The translations under genes and the position numbers were made by a program. A stretch of DNA of 64,000 nucleotides from Planctomycetota bacterium (GTDB lineage Bacteria; Planctomycetota; Planctomycetia; Pirellulales; PLA5). The notes beneath the pieces are model-generated. The model had not been told where the DNA came from. It was given only the letters and a program-made list of their open reading frames with translations, and did no database searches. Numbering within the stretch: the stretch's first letter is position 1; each line of letters begins with the position of its first letter. Positions 45,609 through 52,572 of the stretch are shown in pieces. The DNA is taken from positions 360 through 64,359 of the forward strand of contig JAJDEG010000313.1 of the NCBI GenBank assembly GCA_029259895.1. Direction: 5' to 3'.

Positions 45609-46697
45609 GTGGCACCAAAGAAGACACCGAAGAAGACAACGAAGAAGAAGGCGAAAGCAGCGTCGCGCTCGCCCGCTTCCAAGCGAATGGCTTCAACGCC
45701 AATCACCGTGCCGGCGGCCGCCAAGCGCGTCCGCAAACGTGCCGCGGCGGTGTCCGAAAACGGCAAGCCCGCTCGCGCCGCCACGCCAGAGCCTACCGAC
45801 GGCGACTCGCAATCGACGGCCAAGGCCAAGAAAACCCCGAAAAGCAACGGCGTCGCGAAGAAAGTCCGCGCCAGCACGAACGGACGCCAGACCTCCGGAC
45901 GCCAAGCCTCGAAGAAGACCAAAACGCCCACCAAATCGAAGCCAACCGCCCGCAAAACAGCCGCCCGCAAAACAGCCGCCCGAATGCCCGAATCCCGAAT
46001 CCCGAATCCCGAATCCCGCTCCCACACGCCCGCGTCAGACCGCCTCCTCGTCGACCGTGCCCTAACCGGCCAGAGCGGTGCCTGGGATGCCCTCTACGAA
46101 CGCTGCCATCAGCCCCTGCTGGCCGCCATCCGCGCGATCATCGCCAACAGGGCCGCAGACCCGAATCTCATCGACGAACTGGCCGCCCGGGTCTGGTACG
46201 CGGTCGTCCGCGACGAGGGAAAGCTCCTCAATCGCTTCGACCCCAGCCGGGCCTGCTCGCTGACCACCTATTTGGCACTGCTAGCCAAAGACGAAGCGTC
46301 GCGCCTCTTCCGCTCCGAACGCCGCCGCCGCCGCCGAGAAACGGCCGTAGCCACCTCCGACCGCAAAACGCCCAAAAAATCCACAGCCGCCCAAACATCG
46401 GCCCGCATCACGCTCGCCGAGTTCGCCGCAACGCTAACCCCTGCCGAGAAAACGTTTTACGAAGAAATCGTAGTCCCCACCGGCCAAGCCAAAAACGGCA
46501 ACGGCAGCCAGAACGGCACAGACAAAGCCAGCAGCACGGGCGATGCTAACGGCACGGGCGATGCTAGCGGCACGGACAAAGCCAACGGCACCGAAAAATC
46601 CAACGGCACAGCCCACTCCAAAGGCCGCTCTCAAGCCAACGAGTGGCAACTAAACCACCGCGTCCGGCGAAAGCTGGAAAGATTCTTAACCGGCTGA
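45609..46697 (+). CDS. ECF-type sigma-70 family protein with Lys/Ala/Pro/Thr-rich N-terminal domain
   Basis: Region-2-like segment: WDALYERCHQPLLAAIRAII...LIDELAARVWYAVVRDEGKLLNRFDPSRACSLTTYLALLAKDEASRLFRSERRRR. Region-4-like end: EWQLNHRVRRKLERFL. The start is uncertain: GTG 45609 (MAPKKTPKKTTKKKAKAA...), ATG 45687 or ATG 45984. The ORF-track start at 44850 is not credible. Confidence 0.55.
   Translation: MAPKKTPKKTTKKKAKAASRSPASKRMASTPITVPAAAKRVRKRAAAVSENGKPARAATPEPTDGDSQSTAKAKKTPKSNGVAKKVRASTNGRQTSGRQASKKTKTPTKSKPTARKTAARKTAARMPESRIPNPESRSHTPASDRLLVDRALTGQSGAWDALYERCHQPLLAAIRAIIANRAADPNLIDELAARVWYAVVRDEGKLLNRFDPSRACSLTTYLALLAKDEASRLFRSERRRRRRETAVATSDRKTPKKSTAAQTSARITLAEFAATLTPAEKTFYEEIVVPTGQAKNGNGSQNGTDKASSTGDANGTGDASGTDKANGTEKSNGTAHSKGRSQANEWQLNHRVRRKLERFLTG
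45946..46018 (+). repeat. compound microsatellite: 15-mer CCGCCCGCAAAACAG x2.5, then heptamer CCCGAAT x5.6
   Basis: The 15-mer lies at 45946-45960 and 45961-45975, with a partial copy at 45976-45983. One heptamer lies at 45979-45985, then a single G, then four perfect contiguous heptamers at 45987-46014 plus CCCG to 46018. Confidence 0.95.
46538..46609 (+). repeat. 18-nt in-frame tandem repeat x4 (encodes GDANGT/GDASGT/DKANGT/EKSNGT)
   Basis: gggcgatgctaacggcac / gggcgatgctagcggcac / ggacaaagccaacggcac / cgaaaaatccaacggcac, read directly. It lies inside the sigma-like CDS between the region 2 and region 4 segments. Confidence 0.85.
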
Positions 46698-46706
46698 ACC
46701 GCCCCA

Positions 46707-46727
46707 GTAGGGTGGGCTATGCCCACC
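46707..46727 (+). repeat. REP-like palindromic element, copy A
   Basis: GTAGGGTGGGCtatGCCCACC, a perfect 7-bp stem with a 3-nt loop, 10 nt after the sigma-gene stop. It translates as VGIAHPT on the opposite strand. Confidence 0.8.
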
Positions 46728-47024
46728 GTCGGTTCCATTCTCATCCCGGTTCGCCCCGCCGCAGCGCTCGGTTTCCCGTTCACCGAACCACGGGAAGCGG
46801 CCAACTTGGCAATTCTTCGGCGGCTTTTGCTCGGCAGGGTACACCCCACCCGACTCGGCTCCAAGCCCCCGAACCCAGCCCATCAAGCAAATTCCAAAAA
46901 CAACGAATTTAACCCCGCAAAAAACGCGAGTAATGCTCACAAATTCCCTCTTCCGAGCGGTCCCATCAACCGCTCCGGGCACCAACCCCCCTCTCCATTG
47001 CTGCTTCGCCGTGTGAGCACGATA

Positions 47025-47056
47025 CTCCAGGTTCCAGCAACTCCAGATTCCAGCAA
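47025..47056 (+). repeat. 16-nt tandem duplication CTCCAG(G/A)TTCCAGCAA x2
   Basis: Read directly at 47025-47040 and 47041-47056, with one mismatch. Confidence 0.8.
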
Positions 47057-47196
47057 AATCAGTCACAATGCGAAAACTCCCGGCCCCGCGAACTTGGTCC
47101 CGCGCTCCGAACCCCGCCCCCCTCACGCACAACCTACCAAATCCCCAGCCCAATTTCCACCAAAAAACAAGCCAATCCTCGCCATCTCCTAGCCAC

Positions 47197-47219
47197 GTAG
47201 CGTAGGCTGTGCCCGCCAC
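47197..47219 (+). repeat. REP-like palindromic element, degenerate copy B
   Basis: GTAGCGTAGGCtgtGCCCGCCAC, in the same orientation as copy A, with the stem degraded by 2 mismatches. Confidence 0.55.
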
Positions 47220-47331
47220 GGCGTCCTAGCAAAAGTCACTCGGATTCGCCAAATCCCTCGACATTCTGCGCCCTACAAGCAAGAATCAGCCGCCCTGGTC
47301 TAAGGATAAAATTGGTCGAAATGGAATCAAA

Positions 47332-47352
47332 GGTGGGCACAGCCCACCCTAC
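47332..47352 (-). repeat. REP-like palindromic element, copy C (inverted relative to A)
   Basis: GGTGGGCacaGCCCACCCTAC. Its reverse complement GTAGGGTGGGCtgtGCCCACC differs from copy A by one loop base. The flanks also match (CCCCAG..GTAG upstream, GATTCCATT downstream). Confidence 0.8.
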
Positions 47353-47530
47353 TTGGCTTGGCTGGGGAGAATCTTCGGGACCGACATTTTCGACGAGCCT
47401 GAGATTTTGCGATATTCCGGCCGTCAGCCTGTCAGGATCGCGGCGTTTGCGGCACATAACGAACAGAAGCCATTGTGGATTGGCTGAAATACCGAATCTT
47501 GACTCCTGGTGCTCTTAGGATTTATCGACC

Positions 47531-48430
47531 ATGAAGAAACTATCTTTTGCTTTGGCCCTTTTGATTGCAGCCGTGGCTGGCAAACCGGCCTCTGCGGCAC
47601 TGACATTCACAAATTCGATCGTGAACGGGTTCAATACGTATCAGGATCAGTCGTTTGACCTGATCGCCGACAACGGCGACGGCGTGTTTAGCGTCGGCGA
47701 TGTGCTTTACGGTTTTGCTGTTTTAGACGACCGTACGTTCCCGCCATCTGGTGGTTTGGTTGTGGACTCAACCTACATGGTTTTCTCGCAGCAAGTATCG
47801 GCGATCGGTGTGCCAACCATTTTGGGTACTACGGTATCCTTTGCACCAACGACGGTAGCTGGCTTAACGTTGAGCAGCCTTACGGGAGGGGCTTCAACGG
47901 ACCCTGGGGCTATTTTCGCAATTTTTGAAAAACCTGCAGGCTTTGGCGACCTTATTAACAATGGTGCCGGCGTTCCCGCAAATATTGCGACGATCATTGG
48001 CGGAAGCTTCACGGCCAGCGCTGGCTTTGGTACGGCGACTAGCGAAGCGGACGATTTCTTCACGGCAGTGGTGATTAATCCGGGGGCGTTTACGTTGGCA
48101 ACCGTGCTTTCGAACGGCGAGCAAGTTGGCTCTTTCACGGCGGGTTTGACGATCCTTGAGCAGCCTGGGTTGCCATCTGTGATTTTCAACGAGCTTGTTG
48201 TCGCTATTAATCCAGGTTCTGCGGGTTCGTTGCACGAACTGTCCATCAGCGAAGGTGGGATCTCGGGCGTTGGAAATGCTCCAACTTCTCCCTCGCCGTA
48301 CTCCTACGGTGACCAGTTGAAGGCGACGATTCACGCGACCGTCATTCCGGAACCGACTTCCATGTTGGCATGGATGGGTTTGGCGTGCTGCTCGTTGCTC
48401 GTCGTCCGTCGACGCCGCAAGTCGGCCTAG
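47531..48430 (+). CDS. PEP-CTERM sorting-domain protein (exosortase substrate)
   Basis: Signal peptide MKKLSFALALLIAAVAGKPASA. C-terminal VIPEPTSMLAWMGLACCSLLVVRRRRKSA comprises the PEP motif, a TM helix and an Arg cluster. Confidence 0.92.
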   Translation: MKKLSFALALLIAAVAGKPASAALTFTNSIVNGFNTYQDQSFDLIADNGDGVFSVGDVLYGFAVLDDRTFPPSGGLVVDSTYMVFSQQVSAIGVPTILGTTVSFAPTTVAGLTLSSLTGGASTDPGAIFAIFEKPAGFGDLINNGAGVPANIATIIGGSFTASAGFGTATSEADDFFTAVVINPGAFTLATVLSNGEQVGSFTAGLTILEQPGLPSVIFNELVVAINPGSAGSLHELSISEGGISGVGNAPTSPSPYSYGDQLKATIHATVIPEPTSMLAWMGLACCSLLVVRRRRKSA

Positions 48431-48453
48431 TCGATTTCGACATGAACTAAAAG

Positions 48454-48492
48454 AAAAAGCCGGCACCGAGATCATCGGTGCCGGCTTTTTTC
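48454..48492. terminator. bidirectional rho-independent terminator
   Basis: AAAAAGCCGGCACCGA-gatca-TCGGTGCCGGCTTTTTT: an 11-bp perfect stem (48459-48469 / 48475-48485) with an A-run on one side and a T-run on the other. It sits between convergent genes (stops at 48430 and 48497). Confidence 0.88.
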
Positions 48493-48496
48493 GTTT

Positions 48497-49324
48497 CTAC
48501 GTGACGGGCACACGACCCTGTTGGCGTTCGTCTCGAGCGGCAAGTGAGTCTTTGGCCGGTCGAACGGCGCGCAGCTCGACGGCTTGGCAGAACGTTGTCG
48601 TCTGAATTTCTTGCGAGACTCGTTGATCGCCGGCGGCGCGCGTTGCATCGGCCCAGTCGCTTTCTAGCCACATGCGGATGGACGAGACGACGCCGTCCCA
48701 GACGAACATGATTGGCACGACGGGGACAAGCCAGCACAGTGCCGCGCGCCTCAGTCGGTCTTTGAACGTAACCGCCGGCGTCAGCGGTAGGCAGAGTCCA
48801 GGTACTAGGGAACCGAACGCGAACAAACACGATGCGATGTTGCGGCGTAGCGGTTCAAACACGAGCATTGCGCCGGCGGATTCGACGAGCGTTTTGACGA
48901 CCGCCGCGCGCTGAGCGGCCGGCACGTGGTGTAGCGTGGCAGACAAGCAGAGCAGCGTTCGCGGTGGCCATGCGACGGGTTCGATGAAGTCATATTCTGC
49001 GCGATGCGTTACAACCCGGTCGCCGTACTTTCGTTTTAGTTCGGCGAACGCCTGCTCGTCAGGATATCGGTCGGAACACCAGAGTTCGATGTTGGGATCT
49101 GTGACGGTCGCAGCCAGTCGTTTCGTGATGGGCGCAGTGCCGGCCCCTAGTTCGACGACGCGGTCGTAGTCTCCTGTGGCGAGCTGCTTGCGAACTTCTT
49201 CGGCGACCCAGTCGTAGTAGCCGCGAAATGGGCGTGAATTGCCGCATTCAAGGATTTCCCGCAGCGTGACCCGCAGGCTTTCGGGCAGCCATTCCTGGTC
49301 CATGAACTCAAATAGATGCGGCAT
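48497..49324 (-). CDS. class I SAM-dependent methyltransferase with two C-terminal hydrophobic helices
   Basis: ATG at 49324 (MPHLFEFMDQEW...). Motif I is VVELGAGTAPITKRL. C-terminal segments IASCLFAFGSLVPGLCLPL and AALCWLVPVVPIMFVWDGVVSSI look membrane-spanning. Last gene of the operon. Confidence 0.75.
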   Translation of the reverse strand: MPHLFEFMDQEWLPESLRVTLREILECGNSRPFRGYYDWVAEEVRKQLATGDYDRVVELGAGTAPITKRLAATVTDPNIELWCSDRYPDEQAFAELKRKYGDRVVTHRAEYDFIEPVAWPPRTLLCLSATLHHVPAAQRAAVVKTLVESAGAMLVFEPLRRNIASCLFAFGSLVPGLCLPLTPAVTFKDRLRRAALCWLVPVVPIMFVWDGVVSSIRMWLESDWADATRAAGDQRVSQEIQTTTFCQAVELRAVRPAKDSLAARDERQQGRVPVT

Positions 49325-49356
49325 GCTTATCGTTCTCCGACGCGACGGATGGTCGC

Positions 49357-50469
49357 TTAGGCGTGGCTTGCGGCGAACGGGGTGTCCGCCGTTACGTGTC
49401 GTTGGCGCTTCACGAATACGCACTTCGCTTTGTCCTGGCGAGCGGCCCGCGATTGGGGAGCTTGCGCGTAGCCGAAGCGGATGACGGCGGCGATACGATG
49501 TTCGCTAATGACCCGCGCCGCGTCGTGCATCCGTCGAAACAGCCCGCGGCCGCGGCCGCCGATCTTCGGTAGTCGGGCAGGTTCACTGCCGCTGCAAAGC
49601 CAACCGTCGAGGACCGGAAGCGACATCATCGGTTGAGCCGCAAGGCCGGACGCAGTTAGCGTTAGCCAGTTGCGCTCAAAGGCTCGGCCAATGGCGACAT
49701 CGTTGTGGTGCGAGTCGCCGTTGGCTGCGATGATGCAGACGCCGGATGAGCCCGCGAGCAGTTTCAACGCTCGATTGCGAAAGCTTCGCAACACGCCGCC
49801 GTATCGTACGATTGGGTCGGGGAGATAGCGGAGCATCTTCAAGCCGAACCGATCGAACGCATTCAGGCCAAGCGATCCAAGCGGCAGGCCTTCTTCCGCG
49901 CGTGCGTCGGGCGGGAGGTCAAAGCGGATGTTTTCGAGGAACGCCTGACGCATCGAGCGAATGCCGAACATCATGGCGTCGGCCTCGCCAACAATGCGGG
50001 CAATTTCGCCAAGCTGGCTGCGGTCCGTGATCCAGTGCGTGTGGATGCCGTTTTCGCGGTCGGCGGCGGATTCGCGCTGTAGTTCGCCGAGAATCGGAAA
50101 ATTCTCTGCGGGCTGCCCGTCGTAGAAATTGCGATTCGTGTGCCGGCGGACGATCGCGTCGTCGATTACGCCCGCTTCGTCGATGCCGTTGGCGAGCGTT
50201 AGTCGGGCGAGCGAATCGCCTTCGCCCTGTTCGACCGTGAGCGGCCAGTGGTTGTGCCGCGCCGTGCGGACCATATTCTCAATCGCCGCGCCACAGGCGA
50301 TGCGAGCCATCCGCTGCCCAGCGTTCATCGGCGACTGGTCGCGCGTTTCGTCGACTTCGACGTCGATGCTCCTCGACGCTTCGTCGACGACGAACCGCCA
50401 CGGCTGCGTGTTGTCGCCGGAGGGGGCGAGTATCGCCGCGTCGAGTAGTGTTTCAAGTGCGGGGTTCAT
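49357..50469 (-). CDS. tandem (two-lobed) nitroreductase-family protein, Acg/Rv1355c-C-terminal-like
   Basis: ATG at 50469 (MNPALETLLDAAILAPSGDNTQPWRF...). The second half starts with IVRRHTNRNFYDGQP. The 670-aa ORF-track version has an Arg-rich N-terminus, a high-GC artefact that overlaps the ThiF gene out of frame. Confidence 0.8.
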   Translation of the reverse strand: MNPALETLLDAAILAPSGDNTQPWRFVVDEASRSIDVEVDETRDQSPMNAGQRMARIACGAAIENMVRTARHNHWPLTVEQGEGDSLARLTLANGIDEAGVIDDAIVRRHTNRNFYDGQPAENFPILGELQRESAADRENGIHTHWITDRSQLGEIARIVGEADAMMFGIRSMRQAFLENIRFDLPPDARAEEGLPLGSLGLNAFDRFGLKMLRYLPDPIVRYGGVLRSFRNRALKLLAGSSGVCIIAANGDSHHNDVAIGRAFERNWLTLTASGLAAQPMMSLPVLDGWLCSGSEPARLPKIGGRGRGLFRRMHDAARVISEHRIAAVIRFGYAQAPQSRAARQDKAKCVFVKRQRHVTADTPFAASHA

Positions 50470-50495
50470 GGTTACGCTTACGAAAGCAGTCGCCG

Positions 50496-51509
50496 CTAGT
50501 CCAGGCCGCCAAGGGTGCCGCCGAGGGCCCGTGCTTTTTGGTGGAGCACTTTTCTCTTGAGCCGTTGCATCGGGTGGCGGTTGCCGAAGGCGAGGCGGCC
50601 TTGGCGGAGCTTTCCGCGGTAGGCGTCGAATTGGGCGTAGTTGGGCGCCGCGCGGACGTGGCCGCGGCCCAATAGAACCTTGATCGTTTCCGCGCCGGCC
50701 ATGCCGCTGGCAAGTTGGCAGGCGATGCTGGCCGATGGGCCTTGGCGTTTCTCCAGGCTGACTTGCGACAGGTCGAGGTAGCCCAGGTGCGTCGCGCGCG
50801 GCGTGAGGCCGACGGCGAAGGCGATCAACTGGTCGAGTTGCGGTTGGCCGTCGCGGAGGTCGAAGTATTGGTCGAACGTCATGCCGCGCGGGTCGAACGA
50901 CAGCCAGCCAGCGCTGAAACCGATCGGCCCGGCGGTGATCGCCCACAGACCGCGCTCGAAGGCCGCGCGAAACAACAGCCGGCGGGCGGCGATGGAGAAG
51001 AAATCGACGCCGTCGATGAAGATGTCCGCGCCGCGAAAGAACTCGTCGACGTTGTGCGTGTCGACAACGTCGTGGATGACTTCGATATCGGCGTCGGGAT
51101 TGATGAGCCGAGCTTGTTCGGCCATGACTTCGGCCTTGCCGCGGCCGAGTGTGGCCGTGTTGGCACCGGCCTGACGATTGAAATTGGCGACCTCGAACGT
51201 GTCGGGATCGGCAATGGTAAAGCGGCCGATGCCGAGCCGGGCGAGTGTGAGCAGGTGAACGCCGCCGACTCCGCCCATGCCGGCGATGGCGACGCGGGCG
51301 TTGCGAAGAATTTCTTGTTCGTCCCGCGAGATCAAACCCAGATTGCGTGCGAAAGCTTCTTCGTAGGACCACGGCGAAGTCTCGACGCGAGTCGGCGCGA
51401 CCGCGGTCGCCAGCGCAGGCTCCGACAATTGGCCGGACGCCGCGTGAATGGCCTTGGCCTCGGCGGCGATGCTCGCGTCGGTCGTGTGCGGATGCGCGGT
51501 GGTCGACAT
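50496..51509 (-). CDS. ThiF/MoeB/HesA-family (E1-like) adenylyltransferase, Rv1355c-N-terminal-like
   Basis: ATG at 51509 (MSTTAHPH...). ATP loop VAIAGMGGVGG, then ANFNRQ and IDGVD. Only one Cys in 337 aa, so no CxxC zinc site. The start overlaps the HlyD stop by 1 nt (TAATG). Confidence 0.85.
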   Translation of the reverse strand: MSTTAHPHTTDASIAAEAKAIHAASGQLSEPALATAVAPTRVETSPWSYEEAFARNLGLISRDEQEILRNARVAIAGMGGVGGVHLLTLARLGIGRFTIADPDTFEVANFNRQAGANTATLGRGKAEVMAEQARLINPDADIEVIHDVVDTHNVDEFFRGADIFIDGVDFFSIAARRLLFRAAFERGLWAITAGPIGFSAGWLSFDPRGMTFDQYFDLRDGQPQLDQLIAFAVGLTPRATHLGYLDLSQVSLEKRQGPSASIACQLASGMAGAETIKVLLGRGHVRAAPNYAQFDAYRGKLRQGRLAFGNRHPMQRLKRKVLHQKARALGGTLGGLD

Positions 51510-52567
51510 TACGAACCTTGGTCCTGTGGTAGAGGCGCTGCGAGGATCACGTCGACGCGGAGGCCGACGACGAGGCCGCTGGCTGGTGACTGGTTTTGCG
51601 GGAGCGTGAGGTCGATCCAGATTTCGCGGGTTTTTATGTCGAGCCGTTCGCCGGGTTGGTCGTTGGTGAATTGCTTGCGAGTCATCTGCGGGCTGAGGCG
51701 GACGACCTTGCCCTCCAGTTCTCGTCCGGGAAGGCCGTCGGCGGCGACTTGCACCTTCATGCCAACGCGGACGCGAGGGGCGTCGTATTCTTCGATGAAG
51801 GCTCGCACGCGCAGGCTGCTGGTGTCGGCGATCGTGATGGGTGGTTTGGCGCTGGTGGGGCCGGTTAGTTCGCCGACTTCGGCGCTTAAGTCCAGGACTT
51901 GCGCCGGCGTGGGAGCGCGAAGCGTGCAGCGGTCGAGGTTGATTTGGGCCAGTTCGAGTTCGGCTTCGGAGGCGCGGATGCGGGCGCGGGCCAGGCGGAC
52001 TTCGTCGGCGCGGGGCGGCGAATCGAGCAGCGCAAATCGCGCTTGCGCGGCTTCGTATTCGGCCGTGGCCGTTTCGAGCATGGATTGCTGATCGTCGGCC
52101 TGCTGCTGAGCGACGGCGCTTTCGCGGCGAAGGCGTTCGATCCGCTCCCACGAACGCTGGGCCTGCTTCAGGCGTGCGAGGCGGCTGCGAACTTCCGCGG
52201 CGGCTTGCTGGCGTTCTTGCGTGTGCGCGCCGTTTTCCAGTTGTTCGAGCTGCGAGCGGGCCATTTCGAGTTGGGCCGCCGCTAGCTCGACTTGCTGGCG
52301 ATGCTCGCGATCGTCGAGCCGCAGAAGCACGTCGTCTTGGGCGACGGTTTGGCCGACGTGGACCAGGACTTCGAGGATGCGGCCGGCGAGTTGCGGGCGG
52401 AGATCGACGTTCTCGGTGACGCCTTCGACGATGCCGGGGGCGAAGATGCGATCGCCGACGGCCGGCCTTTCGCCGGTCGGCGGGGCGATGGTCGCGCGCG
52501 AATCGATCAGCACGCCGAGTGCGACGACCGACGTGAGCGCTGCGACAATCAATACGAACCGAAGCAT
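51509..52567 (-). CDS. HlyD/DevB-type periplasmic adaptor (membrane fusion protein)
   Basis: N-terminal anchor MLRFVLIVAALTSVVALGVLI, a lipoyl-like segment (AGRILEVLVHVGQTVAQDDVLLRLD), a long coiled coil, then LRAPTPAQVLDLSAEVGE. Confidence 0.85.
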   Translation of the reverse strand: MLRFVLIVAALTSVVALGVLIDSRATIAPPTGERPAVGDRIFAPGIVEGVTENVDLRPQLAGRILEVLVHVGQTVAQDDVLLRLDDREHRQQVELAAAQLEMARSQLEQLENGAHTQERQQAAAEVRSRLARLKQAQRSWERIERLRRESAVAQQQADDQQSMLETATAEYEAAQARFALLDSPPRADEVRLARARIRASEAELELAQINLDRCTLRAPTPAQVLDLSAEVGELTGPTSAKPPITIADTSSLRVRAFIEEYDAPRVRVGMKVQVAADGLPGRELEGKVVRLSPQMTRKQFTNDQPGERLDIKTREIWIDLTLPQNQSPASGLVVGLRVDVILAAPLPQDQGS

Positions 52568-52572
52568 CGTCG

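Noticed and set aside
45610-45615. TGGCAC hexamer suggesting a sigma-54 -24 element at the start of the sigma-like gene.
   Set aside because: The expected TTGC at the -12 spacing is absent (the following sequence is caaagaaga). The hexamer also overlaps the probable start codon.
45946-46609. Tandem repeats checked as a possible CRISPR array.
   Set aside because: The units are 7, 15 and 18 nt, directly abutting with no spacers, and they lie inside a CDS. No cas genes are present anywhere in the window.
46861-47190. Potential G-quadruplex or i-motif formation in the C-rich/G-poor spacer. The minus strand has runs such as GGGGGGCGGGG.
   Set aside because: Only two long G-runs lie close together. 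I could not find four suitably spaced tracts by eye, so this is noted only as composition skew.
47499-47527. TTGACT, 17 nt, then TTATCG as a possible sigma-70 promoter giving a leaderless PEP-CTERM mRNA.
   Set aside because: The -10 hexamer matches the consensus poorly, and planctomycete promoter rules are not established. This is too weak to call.
49357-52151. ORF-track versions of the nitroreductase (671 aa) and ThiF (551 aa) genes with long N-terminal extensions that overlap the upstream genes.
   Set aside because: The extensions are poly-Arg/Pro/His nonsense read out of frame over real genes. Internal ATGs at 50469 and 51509 give normal-length proteins and tidy junctions.
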